DNA from: Sinorhizobium meliloti | Lineage (GTDB): Bacteria > Pseudomonadota > Alphaproteobacteria > Rhizobiales > Rhizobiaceae | Direction: 5' to 3' | NCBI RefSeq assembly: GCF_017876815.1 | Contig: NZ_JAGIOS010000001.1 | Location: 3,300,001-3,332,000, forward strand | Length of the DNA stretch: 32,000 bases | Part shown: positions 10,417 to 17,364 of the stretch, in pieces | Layout of the letters: each line of letters begins with the position of its first letter | Numbering within the stretch: position 1 is the stretch's first letter | Position numbers and translations under genes: made by a program | The notes under the pieces: model-generated | The model's input: the letters and a program-made list of their open reading frames with translations, nothing else | The model's database searches: none | Told to the model about the DNA's origin: nothing

Positions 10417-11270
10417 TGCGGAGTCTCCGCCAACCTGGTGCACCGTTCACGCCGAGGGTAATCTCTCTCGGGTGCCACGCCGAGAAGGCGCGATTGACCT
10501 TCAAACCGGGCCGGAGCGTGCTCGAAGCCGTCCATGAGGCGCTCGCGGAAACAGGCTGCGACAGCGCGATGATAGAGGTCAGGGGCGGTGCGTTTGCGCC
10601 GCTTGCCTATGTCACACCGACTCTCTCGGATGACGGCATTCATGCCGCCTGGTACAGCGACATACATGCGCCTGATGGCCGCGCACCCATCGAAGATCTG
10701 GTCATGACGTTCGGCCGGCGCGACGGGGAGCCGTTCCTGCACGGCCATGGTGTCTGGCGGCACGAGGACGGGTTGCGCGCAGCCGGGCACGTAATGCCGA
10801 AGGACTCGCAATTCGCCGAACTGGTGGAGGCGGAAGCCTGGCTCATGTCGGGCGCCATCATGGACCAACTGGAGGACAGCGAGACCCGGTTCCGTCTGTT
10901 CACGCCTGTGCCTCATACCGCCGCACCGCCCATCACGACGCGGCGCGCCGTTCTCTGCCGGTTGAAACCGAACGAACCGATCCATCCGGCGATCGAGCGC
11001 ACCGCAGCCGAGCACGGCATCGAGCGGGCGACTTTGCACGGCATCGGCAGTCTCGTCGGCTGCACTTTCGCCGACGGCCAGGTCATGGAATCGGCCGCTT
11101 CGGAATTGCTTATTCGCAAGGGGACGCTTTCACCCGATCGAAGCGGACAGGCTAAAGCGAAACTCGATATCGCGATCGTCGATACGGAATGCACCATATT
11201 CGAGGGTGAGATAGCCTACGGCGTTGATGCCGTTTGCATAACGTTCGAGGTGCTGATCGTCGAAGAGTGA
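10413..11270 (+). CDS. hypothetical protein, apparently two tandem PPC/DUF296-like domains
   Basis: ATGA overlap with the SDR stop. The N-terminal half has a PPC-like pattern (...IEVRGGAF..., ...FLHGHGVW...GHV...). The C-terminal half repeats the fold-like pattern without the His residues. The family assignment is tentative. Confidence 0.5.
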   Translation: MMRSLRQPGAPFTPRVISLGCHAEKARLTFKPGRSVLEAVHEALAETGCDSAMIEVRGGAFAPLAYVTPTLSDDGIHAAWYSDIHAPDGRAPIEDLVMTFGRRDGEPFLHGHGVWRHEDGLRAAGHVMPKDSQFAELVEAEAWLMSGAIMDQLEDSETRFRLFTPVPHTAAPPITTRRAVLCRLKPNEPIHPAIERTAAEHGIERATLHGIGSLVGCTFADGQVMESAASELLIRKGTLSPDRSGQAKAKLDIAIVDTECTIFEGEIAYGVDAVCITFEVLIVEE

Positions 11271-11286
11271 CGGTCGATGGCAAGCC

Positions 11287-11550
11287 TCACTCCTTCTTCG
11301 CTGAGTTTCGCCGCTCGAGCAATTGCTGGAAAATATCGGCTTGCCGGTCTGCCGCCGAGCGTATGGCGGCAAGGTGGTCGAGCATCGCGCCGAAGGCGAC
11401 GAGGAGAAGGCCGCCGGCAACCGCCGGAAAGGCCCAGGGGAGGACAGCGACAAGGCTTTTCACGTCGGGAGAGGGGACCAGTGTCATCGCCAGCAAAACC
11501 AGCGTTCCGATGACGATCGCACCGCCCAAGAACTCCAGAAATCTTCCCAT
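11287..11550 (-). CDS. small membrane protein (2 predicted TM helices), hypothetical
   Basis: Strong SD (GGGGAGGAAGG) lies 1-3 nt before the ATG. Two hydrophobic segments are followed by a charged C-terminal tail. Confidence 0.6.
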   Translation of the reverse strand: MGRFLEFLGGAIVIGTLVLLAMTLVPSPDVKSLVAVLPWAFPAVAGGLLLVAFGAMLDHLAAIRSAADRQADIFQQLLERRNSAKKE

Positions 11551-11660
11551 CCTTCCTCCCCGTAGTGTTTCGACGTGCTGCGGTTACATCCCGTCCCGCT
11601 TCCGCAACCCGTCTCCTGATGCCTGCTGCTTTCTCATGTCGGAGCCGATATGGCCTTCAG

Positions 11661-11683
11661 AAAAAACCCGGCGATTGCCGGGT
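11661..11683 (-). terminator. rho-independent terminator of the porin gene
   Basis: The minus strand reads ACCCGGCAATCGCCGGGTTTTTT, located 25 nt after the stop at 11708. Confidence 0.75.
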
Positions 11684-11707
11684 CCTTGATCGAAACTCCT
11701 GCGGCGA

Positions 11708-12358
11708 TCAGAATTTCACGCCGACGCCGACGGTAAACTGGTGTTGGTCGAGGTCGACGTTGACGCCGCCCACATCCTTGTCTCCGAAATCGTTGTAACG
11801 ATATTCTGCGCGTCCGAAGACGCTGTCGGTGAAGCCGTAGTCGACGCCTCCGCCGATAGTCCAGCCGTTGAAGGTTTCCTTTTCCTTGGGCGCGCCGGCG
11901 ACATCGACGAAGCCGCGCGTTACTGCCCAACCGCCGGTGGCGTAAATCAGCGTCCGGTCGTTTACGGTGTAGCCGAGGCGGGCGCGCACGGATCCGGAAA
12001 CATCCGTCCCGGCTTCGGTGTCGGATCCGAAGACGGTGACGGTCTCATCGTTCCAGTTGTAGCTGACATCGCCCTCGACGCCGACGACCCAGTCGCCATG
12101 CTGATAGTTGTAGCCGGCGAAGGCGCCGAAGAGGCCGCCGCTGAATTTTTCGGAGGCGCTGCCGCCCGGAACGCTGAGGTCGCTGTTCAACCAGCCGCCT
12201 CCGCCCTGCAAGCCGAGATAACCGCCCGTCCATACGAAGCTGGATATCGTCTCGACCGTCGGCGCCGGCTCCGGTGCCTGTGCCAAATCGGCTGCATGGG
12301 CCGCTCCCCCGAGCAGCGAAGCCCCGAAGACTGCAACAAGCACATTTCTGATCATCAC
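11708..12358 (-). CDS. outer-membrane beta-barrel protein, Omp25/Omp31 (porin family) type
   Basis: AGGAGG SD. It has the signal peptide ...GGAAHA, alternating beta-strand pattern, Gly/aromatic-rich strands and the C-terminal ...GVGVKF. The start is GTG 12358 or ATG 12355. Confidence 0.85.
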   Translation of the reverse strand: MMIRNVLVAVFGASLLGGAAHAADLAQAPEPAPTVETISSFVWTGGYLGLQGGGGWLNSDLSVPGGSASEKFSGGLFGAFAGYNYQHGDWVVGVEGDVSYNWNDETVTVFGSDTEAGTDVSGSVRARLGYTVNDRTLIYATGGWAVTRGFVDVAGAPKEKETFNGWTIGGGVDYGFTDSVFGRAEYRYNDFGDKDVGGVNVDLDQHQFTVGVGVKF

Positions 12359-12616
12359 AGATGCCTCCTGTTGTTGCGGCAGAGATTAGCAACATATCGG
12401 GTGCGAGTCTGCGAAAAACAACGCCTTCGAGCCGCCCGTTCCGAGGGAAAGAAAGAGGGCCGGCGGTTGTTCCGGCCGGCCCTTCCGAAAGTAGCGGAAA
12501 AGGGGAACATCATCTCCGAGCGGGCCTGCAAATGCCCGCAAAAGAGATCGATTGCCGGTCGATAATGCCCTAACGCGCGTTTGAGATTTGACATATCACG
12601 CATAAAATTTGACGTT

Positions 12617-13624
12617 ATGCGCATGATTGCGAACCGTTCTCCACAATCGTCGATTGAAGTCGTGGTGGTCGTCCTGCCCGAATCATCGATCATGTCCTTT
12701 GCCTCGGTCCTCGATCCGATGCGCGCGGCAAATCGAGTGGCCGGGCACGAGGTCTTCCGCTGGCGGCTGCTGTCTGCCGACGGCCAGGCGGTGATGCTGA
12801 CCTGCGGTGTGCCGATTGCCGTGGACGGAAGTTTCACCCTGCCTGTCGTGGGAGATCTTCTCCTCATCATCGGCGGGTTCAATCTTCACAGGCACGCCGG
12901 CAAGCGGTTTCTCGCGACCCTGCAGGAATGTGCGCGACATTTCGACATCGTTGCAGGCGTCGAATCGGGGTGCTGGCTGCTCGGCCGTTCGGGGCTCATC
13001 AATGGCCGCAAGGCTACCGCCCATTGGGAGGAGCTCGAAGATTTCAGCCAGGCTTTTCCGGAATTGGAGGTGATCGGCGACCGTTTCGTGATCGACGGTA
13101 AATACTGGACCTCAGGCGGCGCGTCGCCGACCTTCGACATGATGCTGCATCTCGTCGCCGAGAGGCTGGGGCCTGCATTGGCGCTGGATGTTGCGAGCAT
13201 TTTCGTCTACGACCAGATGCACGGCCCGACGGATGTCCAGCCTTTCGTTTCGCTCGGCCGTATCGAGGCACGCGACCCGGAGCTTGCCGCGGCCATCAGG
13301 CTCATGGAGCGCACGCTCGAGCGTCCGATGACCGTCGCGGCGCTGGCGCGCCGGCTTTCCGTCTCCCAGCGCAAGCTCGAAACGCTCTTCGCCAAAGGCC
13401 TCTCGACGAGCCCCGGCGCCTATTACCTGCGCCTCAGGCTGCAGGTCGCCCACCGCCTCGTGCGTGATACCGGAATTCCGATGCGTGACATCGCCCTGCG
13501 TTGCGGATTCGACAGTCTCTCGGCCTTTTCGCGCGCCTATCGGCGCGAATACCGGACGAGCGCTTTGAAAATGCGCAGCGCACGTGGCGCAGGCGTTACA
13601 CCGGACGCGTCAGACAAGGGGTAA
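12617..13624 (+). CDS. GlxA-family transcriptional regulator (DJ-1/PfpI-like domain fused to AraC HTH)
   Basis: An N-terminal amidotransferase-like domain (VVVVLPESSIMSFASVLDPMRAAN) is joined to a C-terminal AraC HTH (...IALRCGFDSLSAFSRAYRREY). The start could be 12581 (TTG), 12617 or 12623. Confidence 0.85.
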   Translation: MRMIANRSPQSSIEVVVVVLPESSIMSFASVLDPMRAANRVAGHEVFRWRLLSADGQAVMLTCGVPIAVDGSFTLPVVGDLLLIIGGFNLHRHAGKRFLATLQECARHFDIVAGVESGCWLLGRSGLINGRKATAHWEELEDFSQAFPELEVIGDRFVIDGKYWTSGGASPTFDMMLHLVAERLGPALALDVASIFVYDQMHGPTDVQPFVSLGRIEARDPELAAAIRLMERTLERPMTVAALARRLSVSQRKLETLFAKGLSTSPGAYYLRLRLQVAHRLVRDTGIPMRDIALRCGFDSLSAFSRAYRREYRTSALKMRSARGAGVTPDASDKG

Positions 13625-13693
13625 TTGCGCTGCGCTTACGATGACCTGCAACAAGCGGGAGCAACGTGCCGCAGCGACTTGCGCTTCAAACGG

Positions 13694-13999
13694 TTACCTT
13701 CGTGCGTGTCCGGCCGACCCGGCGCAGGCCTCTTCGAATTCCTTGACCGTCTCCGGCTCGTTGTCCTCCGGCAGCACGGCATCAGCCATGTCGGCGCGGT
13801 CCGCCGAAGCGGCTGCATCGCCTTCATAGACATAGGACTGGATGTAGTAGGCCAGCTCGCCCTTCCATACATTCCTGCCGTCTATCTGCCGGCAGGCCAC
13901 GGCAGTTTCGAAATCGGACTGGAGATCATCGACCGTAGCGGTGGCCGAGACGAGACTCGAAGGCGCCGCGAGTGAGGCAATCAACAAGGCGGTAAACAT
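13694..13999 (-). CDS. small secreted 2-Cys acidic protein (possibly HdeA-like), hypothetical
   Basis: GGAGGG SD. It has the signal peptide MFTALLIASLAAPSSLVSATA and two Cys ~56 aa apart in an acidic mature part. An EcfG-type promoter lies upstream. Confidence 0.65.
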   Translation of the reverse strand: MFTALLIASLAAPSSLVSATATVDDLQSDFETAVACRQIDGRNVWKGELAYYIQSYVYEGDAAASADRADMADAVLPEDNEPETVKEFEEACAGSAGHARR

Positions 14000-14032
14000 G
14001 GTGGCAGCCCTCCGGAAGCGAACCTAGGGGGA

Positions 14033-14057
14033 AACGGCGGGATGGTTCCTTGGTTCC
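14033..14057 (-). promoter_or_regulatory. EcfG/RpoE2-type (general stress response) promoter
   Basis: The minus strand has an exact GGAAC-N16-CGTT. The -10 element lies 34 nt upstream of the ATG at 13999. Confidence 0.7.
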
Positions 14058-14175
14058 CCTCGATAGAGGGCGATTCCGACTTGGAAGGAAGCGGCAATTT
14101 TACATGAATGAGTTTTTGCTGAAAAGCGATGTGTATGTGCCACACCATCGGGAAATGCGCGGAAACGAAGGGCGT

Positions 14176-14309
14176 GAGCATTTCCGCGATTCGAAGAAGC
14201 GCGGAAATGCTCTGGACCACGATGATCTCAGGTCGGGTCGACCAAGATCATGAACATGATCTATAAGGTTGAGCGGGATGAGGTCGGAAAAGCGCATAGA
14301 CTTTTTCCG
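14176..14309. repeat. mosaic of three intergenic palindromes (RIME/REP-like element)
   Basis: P1 is a 13-bp perfect inverted repeat GAGCATTTCCGCG-N11-CGCGGAAATGCTC (14176-14212). P2 is GATCTCAGGTCGGGTCGACCAAGATC (14224-14249). P3 is CGGAAAA-N11-TTTTCCG (14285-14309). P2 and P3 have relatives elsewhere in the window. Confidence 0.7.
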
Positions 14310-14328
14310 CACCCCGCTCCAATGCCTC

Positions 14329-14736
14329 TTACTGAACGACCTGGACGACCGTGTAGGTTCTTGGGTCGACGATCACGCGTTGGTTGTTCACCACGGCGAA
14401 CGCGTAGGAGGGATTCTCAGGAACGGGCGTCAGAGCCACGGTCCGCGGCAGCGGACGACCGACGGCGATCCGCTCCTGCAGCACGACGGTATCGGCGGGA
14501 ACCGGCTGCTGTCGCACATAGGTTACGACCTGCTGCGGCGGAGGAGCGATAACCGCGCCGGCGACGAGCCCGACCGCGCCGCCGATGGCAGCGCCCACGG
14601 GACCGCCAACGATAGCGCCGGTAACGGCTCCACCCGCGGCACCCGTCACCGCACCCTGGTTGGTGTCGTTTGCAATAGCGGGCGCGGCAAAGATGCCCGT
14701 TGCGATCGCAGTAACAATGAAGATCTTGGCGTTCAT
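14329..14736 (-). CDS. DUF1236 domain protein with signal peptide and glycine-zipper region
   Basis: GGGAG SD. The N-terminus is MNAKIFIVTAIATGIFAAPAIA. A GxxxG-rich zipper and a Pro-rich linker precede the C-terminal ...YAFAVVNNQRVIVDPRTYTVVQVV typical of DUF1236. Confidence 0.85.
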   Translation of the reverse strand: MNAKIFIVTAIATGIFAAPAIANDTNQGAVTGAAGGAVTGAIVGGPVGAAIGGAVGLVAGAVIAPPPQQVVTYVRQQPVPADTVVLQERIAVGRPLPRTVALTPVPENPSYAFAVVNNQRVIVDPRTYTVVQVVQ

Positions 14737-14766
14737 CTGTCGTACTCCCTTGATATACGATGGAAG

Positions 14767-14791
14767 AACGATGTACTTCGTGATTTGTTCC
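14767..14791 (-). promoter_or_regulatory. EcfG/RpoE2-type promoter
   Basis: The minus strand has an exact GGAAC-N16-CGTT. The -10 lies 31 nt upstream of the ATG at 14736. Confidence 0.7.
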
Positions 14792-15209
14792 TGTTTTTAC
14801 TGTAGGACTATCAATCGGATACAGTAACGTTACGTTACCTGAGTGAAATATACCGTGACGGCAGGCGAGTTGCCGGCGCGACCCAGCGGTTCGGCGAAGC
14901 CCCAGAGCGGCGCTGCCCGAAGGGACTACTGGGACGCCGCTCCGGGGCCACTCGCGGGGTCCGCCGTCCAGCGGCGGCTGGCTTCGGACCTCGCGATCTC
15001 TCTGCAACAATCGCCGATGGCTTTGCTGCAGCCTTCCATGCGAACAATATCGCAGCCGGCAGCGCAGCGTATCGGACCTTTGGCCAGCCAAGAGCCTTAT
15101 GACACCGGGACCAAAGTCCGGCAGATCAGTGATATCTCCGCGTCGACTCCCGCATCCGCCGCAAACGCGCATGCATCAAGGCCGCGGCGGGACGTGGAGC
15201 TATGGCGAT

Positions 15210-15357
15210 AAAAAAGCCCCGCTCGATGGCGGGGCAGGCACGCATCCGCTTGGCAAACGAAATGCGGGGAAAGATGTAGCTCCAACGGAACTACGACGCG
15301 GACGCTATCTCCGAGCCGAACTGGTGGGAAGGTCCGAATCCCGATTTCCGGTACGCC
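15210..15357 (-). ncRNA. candidate small RNA A (paralog of 17075-17217), family unassigned
   Basis: No ORF. It ends in a strong intrinsic terminator (GCCCCGC-N6-GCGGGGC + U6, 15210-15235). It is roughly two-thirds identical to copy B by hand alignment, with identical blocks GGCGTACCGGAA and AGATAGCGTC. The internal hairpin differs in sequence but is conserved in position. Confidence 0.5.
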
Positions 15358-15443
15358 GCAGCGAATAAATCCACGGCGTCCGTGAGGGAAGCTGCGGAAA
15401 AGCCGGGTCGGCTTGGCCGCGACGATGAGCCGATCGTCTCAAT

Positions 15444-15518
15444 TCAGCTCAAGCCGAAGAACGACAAGATGGCTATCACGATCACGACGAGGCCGACGAG
15501 GTAGATAATCTGGTTCAT
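15444..15518 (-). CDS. 24-aa hydrophobic micro-protein (MNQIIYLVGLVVIVIAILSFFGLS)
   Basis: It is below the ORF-track size cutoff. AAGGAG SD lies 7 nt before the ATG. It has a single TM-like segment, and an exact EcfG-type promoter sits 26 nt upstream. Confidence 0.6.
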   Translation of the reverse strand: MNQIIYLVGLVVIVIAILSFFGLS

Positions 15519-15543
15519 CGCTCAACTCCTTTCATCACGGGTG

Positions 15544-15568
15544 AACGGGCACGCCGCGGGTAAGTTCC
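15544..15568 (-). promoter_or_regulatory. EcfG/RpoE2-type promoter
   Basis: The minus strand has an exact GGAAC-N16-CGTT immediately upstream of the micro-ORF SD. Confidence 0.7.
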
Positions 15569-15640
15569 AGGCCGGCGGTAAACGCGGGCCGGCCTGGCGC
15601 CCTATGCGAAGCGTGGGTGGCCGTTCTGACCACCGTGAGG

Positions 15641-16042
15641 TCAGTTGATGACCTGAACGACTGTGCGCGACTTCGGCTCCACAATGAGACGCTGCTCATT
15701 GACCACCGCGTATGCATAGGTGGGATTATCCGGGACCGGAGTCAGCATAACAGTTTCGGGAACGGGCTTGCCGACAGCAATCGGCTGCTGAACGACCACC
15801 GATGGCGGTGCCGGCTGCTGCTGAACATACGTGACCACTTCGGGTGGAGGCGGCGTGAGTGCGCCGCCGAGCGTGGCGCCTACCACGGCGCCGACCCCGG
15901 CCCCGATCGGGCCGCCGATAATGGCGCCGGTTGCGGCGCCGCCGACCATGCCGGTTGCCGCATTGGTACCATCGGCTTGCTGCGCGACAGCACCGCTGGC
16001 GATGAGCGCGACAGTCGCGGTAATAAATACGAGCTTCTTCAT
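15641..16042 (-). CDS. DUF1236 domain protein (paralog of 14329-14736)
   Basis: The start is at MKKLVFITATVALIASGAVA after a GAGAGGAA SD. It has the same architecture: glycine zipper, PPPPEVVTYVQQQP, and ...YAYAVVNEQRLIVEPKSRTVVQVI. Confidence 0.85.
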   Translation of the reverse strand: MKKLVFITATVALIASGAVAQQADGTNAATGMVGGAATGAIIGGPIGAGVGAVVGATLGGALTPPPPEVVTYVQQQPAPPSVVVQQPIAVGKPVPETVMLTPVPDNPTYAYAVVNEQRLIVEPKSRTVVQVIN

Positions 16043-16071
16043 AGCATTTCCTCTCGTTGAACTCGTCACTC

Positions 16072-16096
16072 AACGGGGAAATAAGCAAGCGGTTCC
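16072..16096 (-). promoter_or_regulatory. EcfG/RpoE2-type promoter
   Basis: The minus strand has an exact GGAAC-N16-CGTT. The -10 lies 30 nt upstream of the ATG at 16042. Confidence 0.7.
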
Positions 16097-16279
16097 ACTC
16101 TTTGGACTTTAGTCCGACTCAATGTCAGACGATTGCCCGATTAAGCGTGCGAACTTCGAGGATATATTTCGTTGATAGTCGATTTTCCTTGGATACGCGC
16201 CGTTTCGAGGGCGTTGCGTTGTTCATCAGCGGTTCAGGCATGATGGCTCAAGCTGATAGGCAGCGAGAAGGAGTAGACC

Positions 16280-16579
16280 ATGAAATAGCTCTTATCCGCC
16301 CTCACAGCCGTAGTCTTGGCTGCGTCTTTTTCCCTTCCGGTGAGCGCTGCACCGATATTCGTGCCTATGCCGGAACAAGTGAAGACCGACGCCGTCGAGC
16401 AGGTCAATCACCGGCGCCATCGCCATTGGCGCGCGGAGCGCCACTGGAACAGACGGTACGCTTCGCGTTCCTGCCGCTACTACGGCAGGTGCTATCCCCG
16501 CCATTACAGGCACTACAGCTATCGTGACTATCACCGCTACCACCGGCGCCCGGGCGTGACGATCTATTTTAACTTCTAG
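16280..16579 (+). pseudogene. His/Arg/Tyr-rich small secreted protein gene interrupted by in-frame TAG at codon 3
   Basis: GAAGGAG SD lies 6 nt before ATG 16280. The reading is ATG AAA TAG, then in frame LLSALTAVVLAASFSLPVSAAP (a signal-peptide-like sequence), then a basic H/R/Y-rich tail ending YFNF. A dedicated terminator lies downstream. Confidence 0.5.
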
Positions 16580-16601
16580 CGACGGTTCACACGGGCGCCA
16601 G

Positions 16602-16640
16602 TCCTTCCTCGAAGCGCTATTCGGGGAGGGATTTCTTTTT
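16602..16640 (+). terminator. rho-independent terminator
   Basis: A 12-bp stem (two G-U pairs), TCCTTCCTCGAA-GCGCTA-TTCGGGGAGGGA, is followed by TTTCTTTTT. Confidence 0.75.
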
Positions 16641-16654
16641 GCGGCGGATGGATG

Positions 16655-16894
16655 TCACCGGTGCCAACGCGCACCACGAGCATTCCTGCGGAACTTTGCC
16701 AGCGATCGTCTGAGTTTCGTCATGTTCCGGGCGACTTGCTCTATCGTGATCAAGTGCTTTTCGTTCGCCAACACGATGGCGGTCCCACATCTCCTGCAGG
16801 GGAGTTCGTCGTTCGCCTTCACCCAAGCGACAGGCCTGCTGGTCTCATGGCCGCATTCGGGGCAGGGGATGCCGATCTCTTCATTATCGAACAT
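16655..16894 (-). CDS. small zinc-ribbon protein (CPxCG...CxxCG), hypothetical
   Basis: The start is at MFDNEEIGIPCPECGHE... (GGAG 9 nt upstream). Two Cys pairs are followed by a basic C-terminal tail. Confidence 0.6.
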   Translation of the reverse strand: MFDNEEIGIPCPECGHETSRPVAWVKANDELPCRRCGTAIVLANEKHLITIEQVARNMTKLRRSLAKFRRNARGARWHR

Positions 16895-17074
16895 GGCAGC
16901 ACTCCGGTTGAGTGCGAATTGCAGCACAACCTATTTCGAGGCGCAATGCTTACTCTCTGACTAAAATGGGCTACAAACGGACGTCGCGACCGCATCCTTA
17001 TGGGCATGAGGGAGAGCGGACGATTCCGTGTCGGGTGCCTCGAATTGGTTGCCCGAGCTGTACCATCGGCCACG

Positions 17075-17217
17075 AAAAAGCCCCGCACAATGGCGGGGCA
17101 AGCCCTCATCCAGTTGCCTTCATTGGATTCGGGGACGCAGCCAGAATGCAGCTGCGCAGAGACGCTATCTGCGGTTTCATCAGCGAGAAAGGTCTGATTC
17201 CGCGATTCCGGTACGCC
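17075..17217 (-). ncRNA. candidate small RNA B (paralog of 15210-15357), family unassigned
   Basis: It has the same 5' block GGCGTACCGGAA, with AGATAGCGTC at the identical offset (47 nt). It has a positionally conserved hairpin and the terminator GCCCCGC-N6-GCGGGGC + U5 (17075-17099). Confidence 0.5.
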
Positions 17218-17364
17218 TCTTCAAAAATACATGGGCAGGTAAAGCGCTTTTGCACATTTACATCAAGCGCGATTTTCCGTGTCCTGATCACATCAGCGGC
17301 ATTGCGGGCGGAACGAGCCTGCCGTCGTGAAGGCGACGGGGCAAATCGGCGCAGATCAGCAGCG

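Noticed and set aside
12420-12442. GGAAC...CGTT-like element upstream of the porin gene (minus strand).
   Set aside because: The spacer is only 14 nt rather than 16-17, so it does not fit the EcfG promoter geometry.
15210-15357. Assigning the sRNA-like pair to the AbcR (alpha-r15) family on the basis of CUUCCCA-like and GUUCC-like motifs.
   Set aside because: The motifs are only approximate. The two copies are 1.9 kb apart rather than tandem, and I cannot verify against a covariance model, so the family is left unassigned.
16151-16173. cGAAC-N15-CGTT on the plus strand upstream of the TAG-interrupted H/R/Y-rich gene.
   Set aside because: The first G of the -35 is missing and the spacer is 15 nt. 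It also lies ~100 nt from the start codon. This is too degenerate to call without a scoring matrix.
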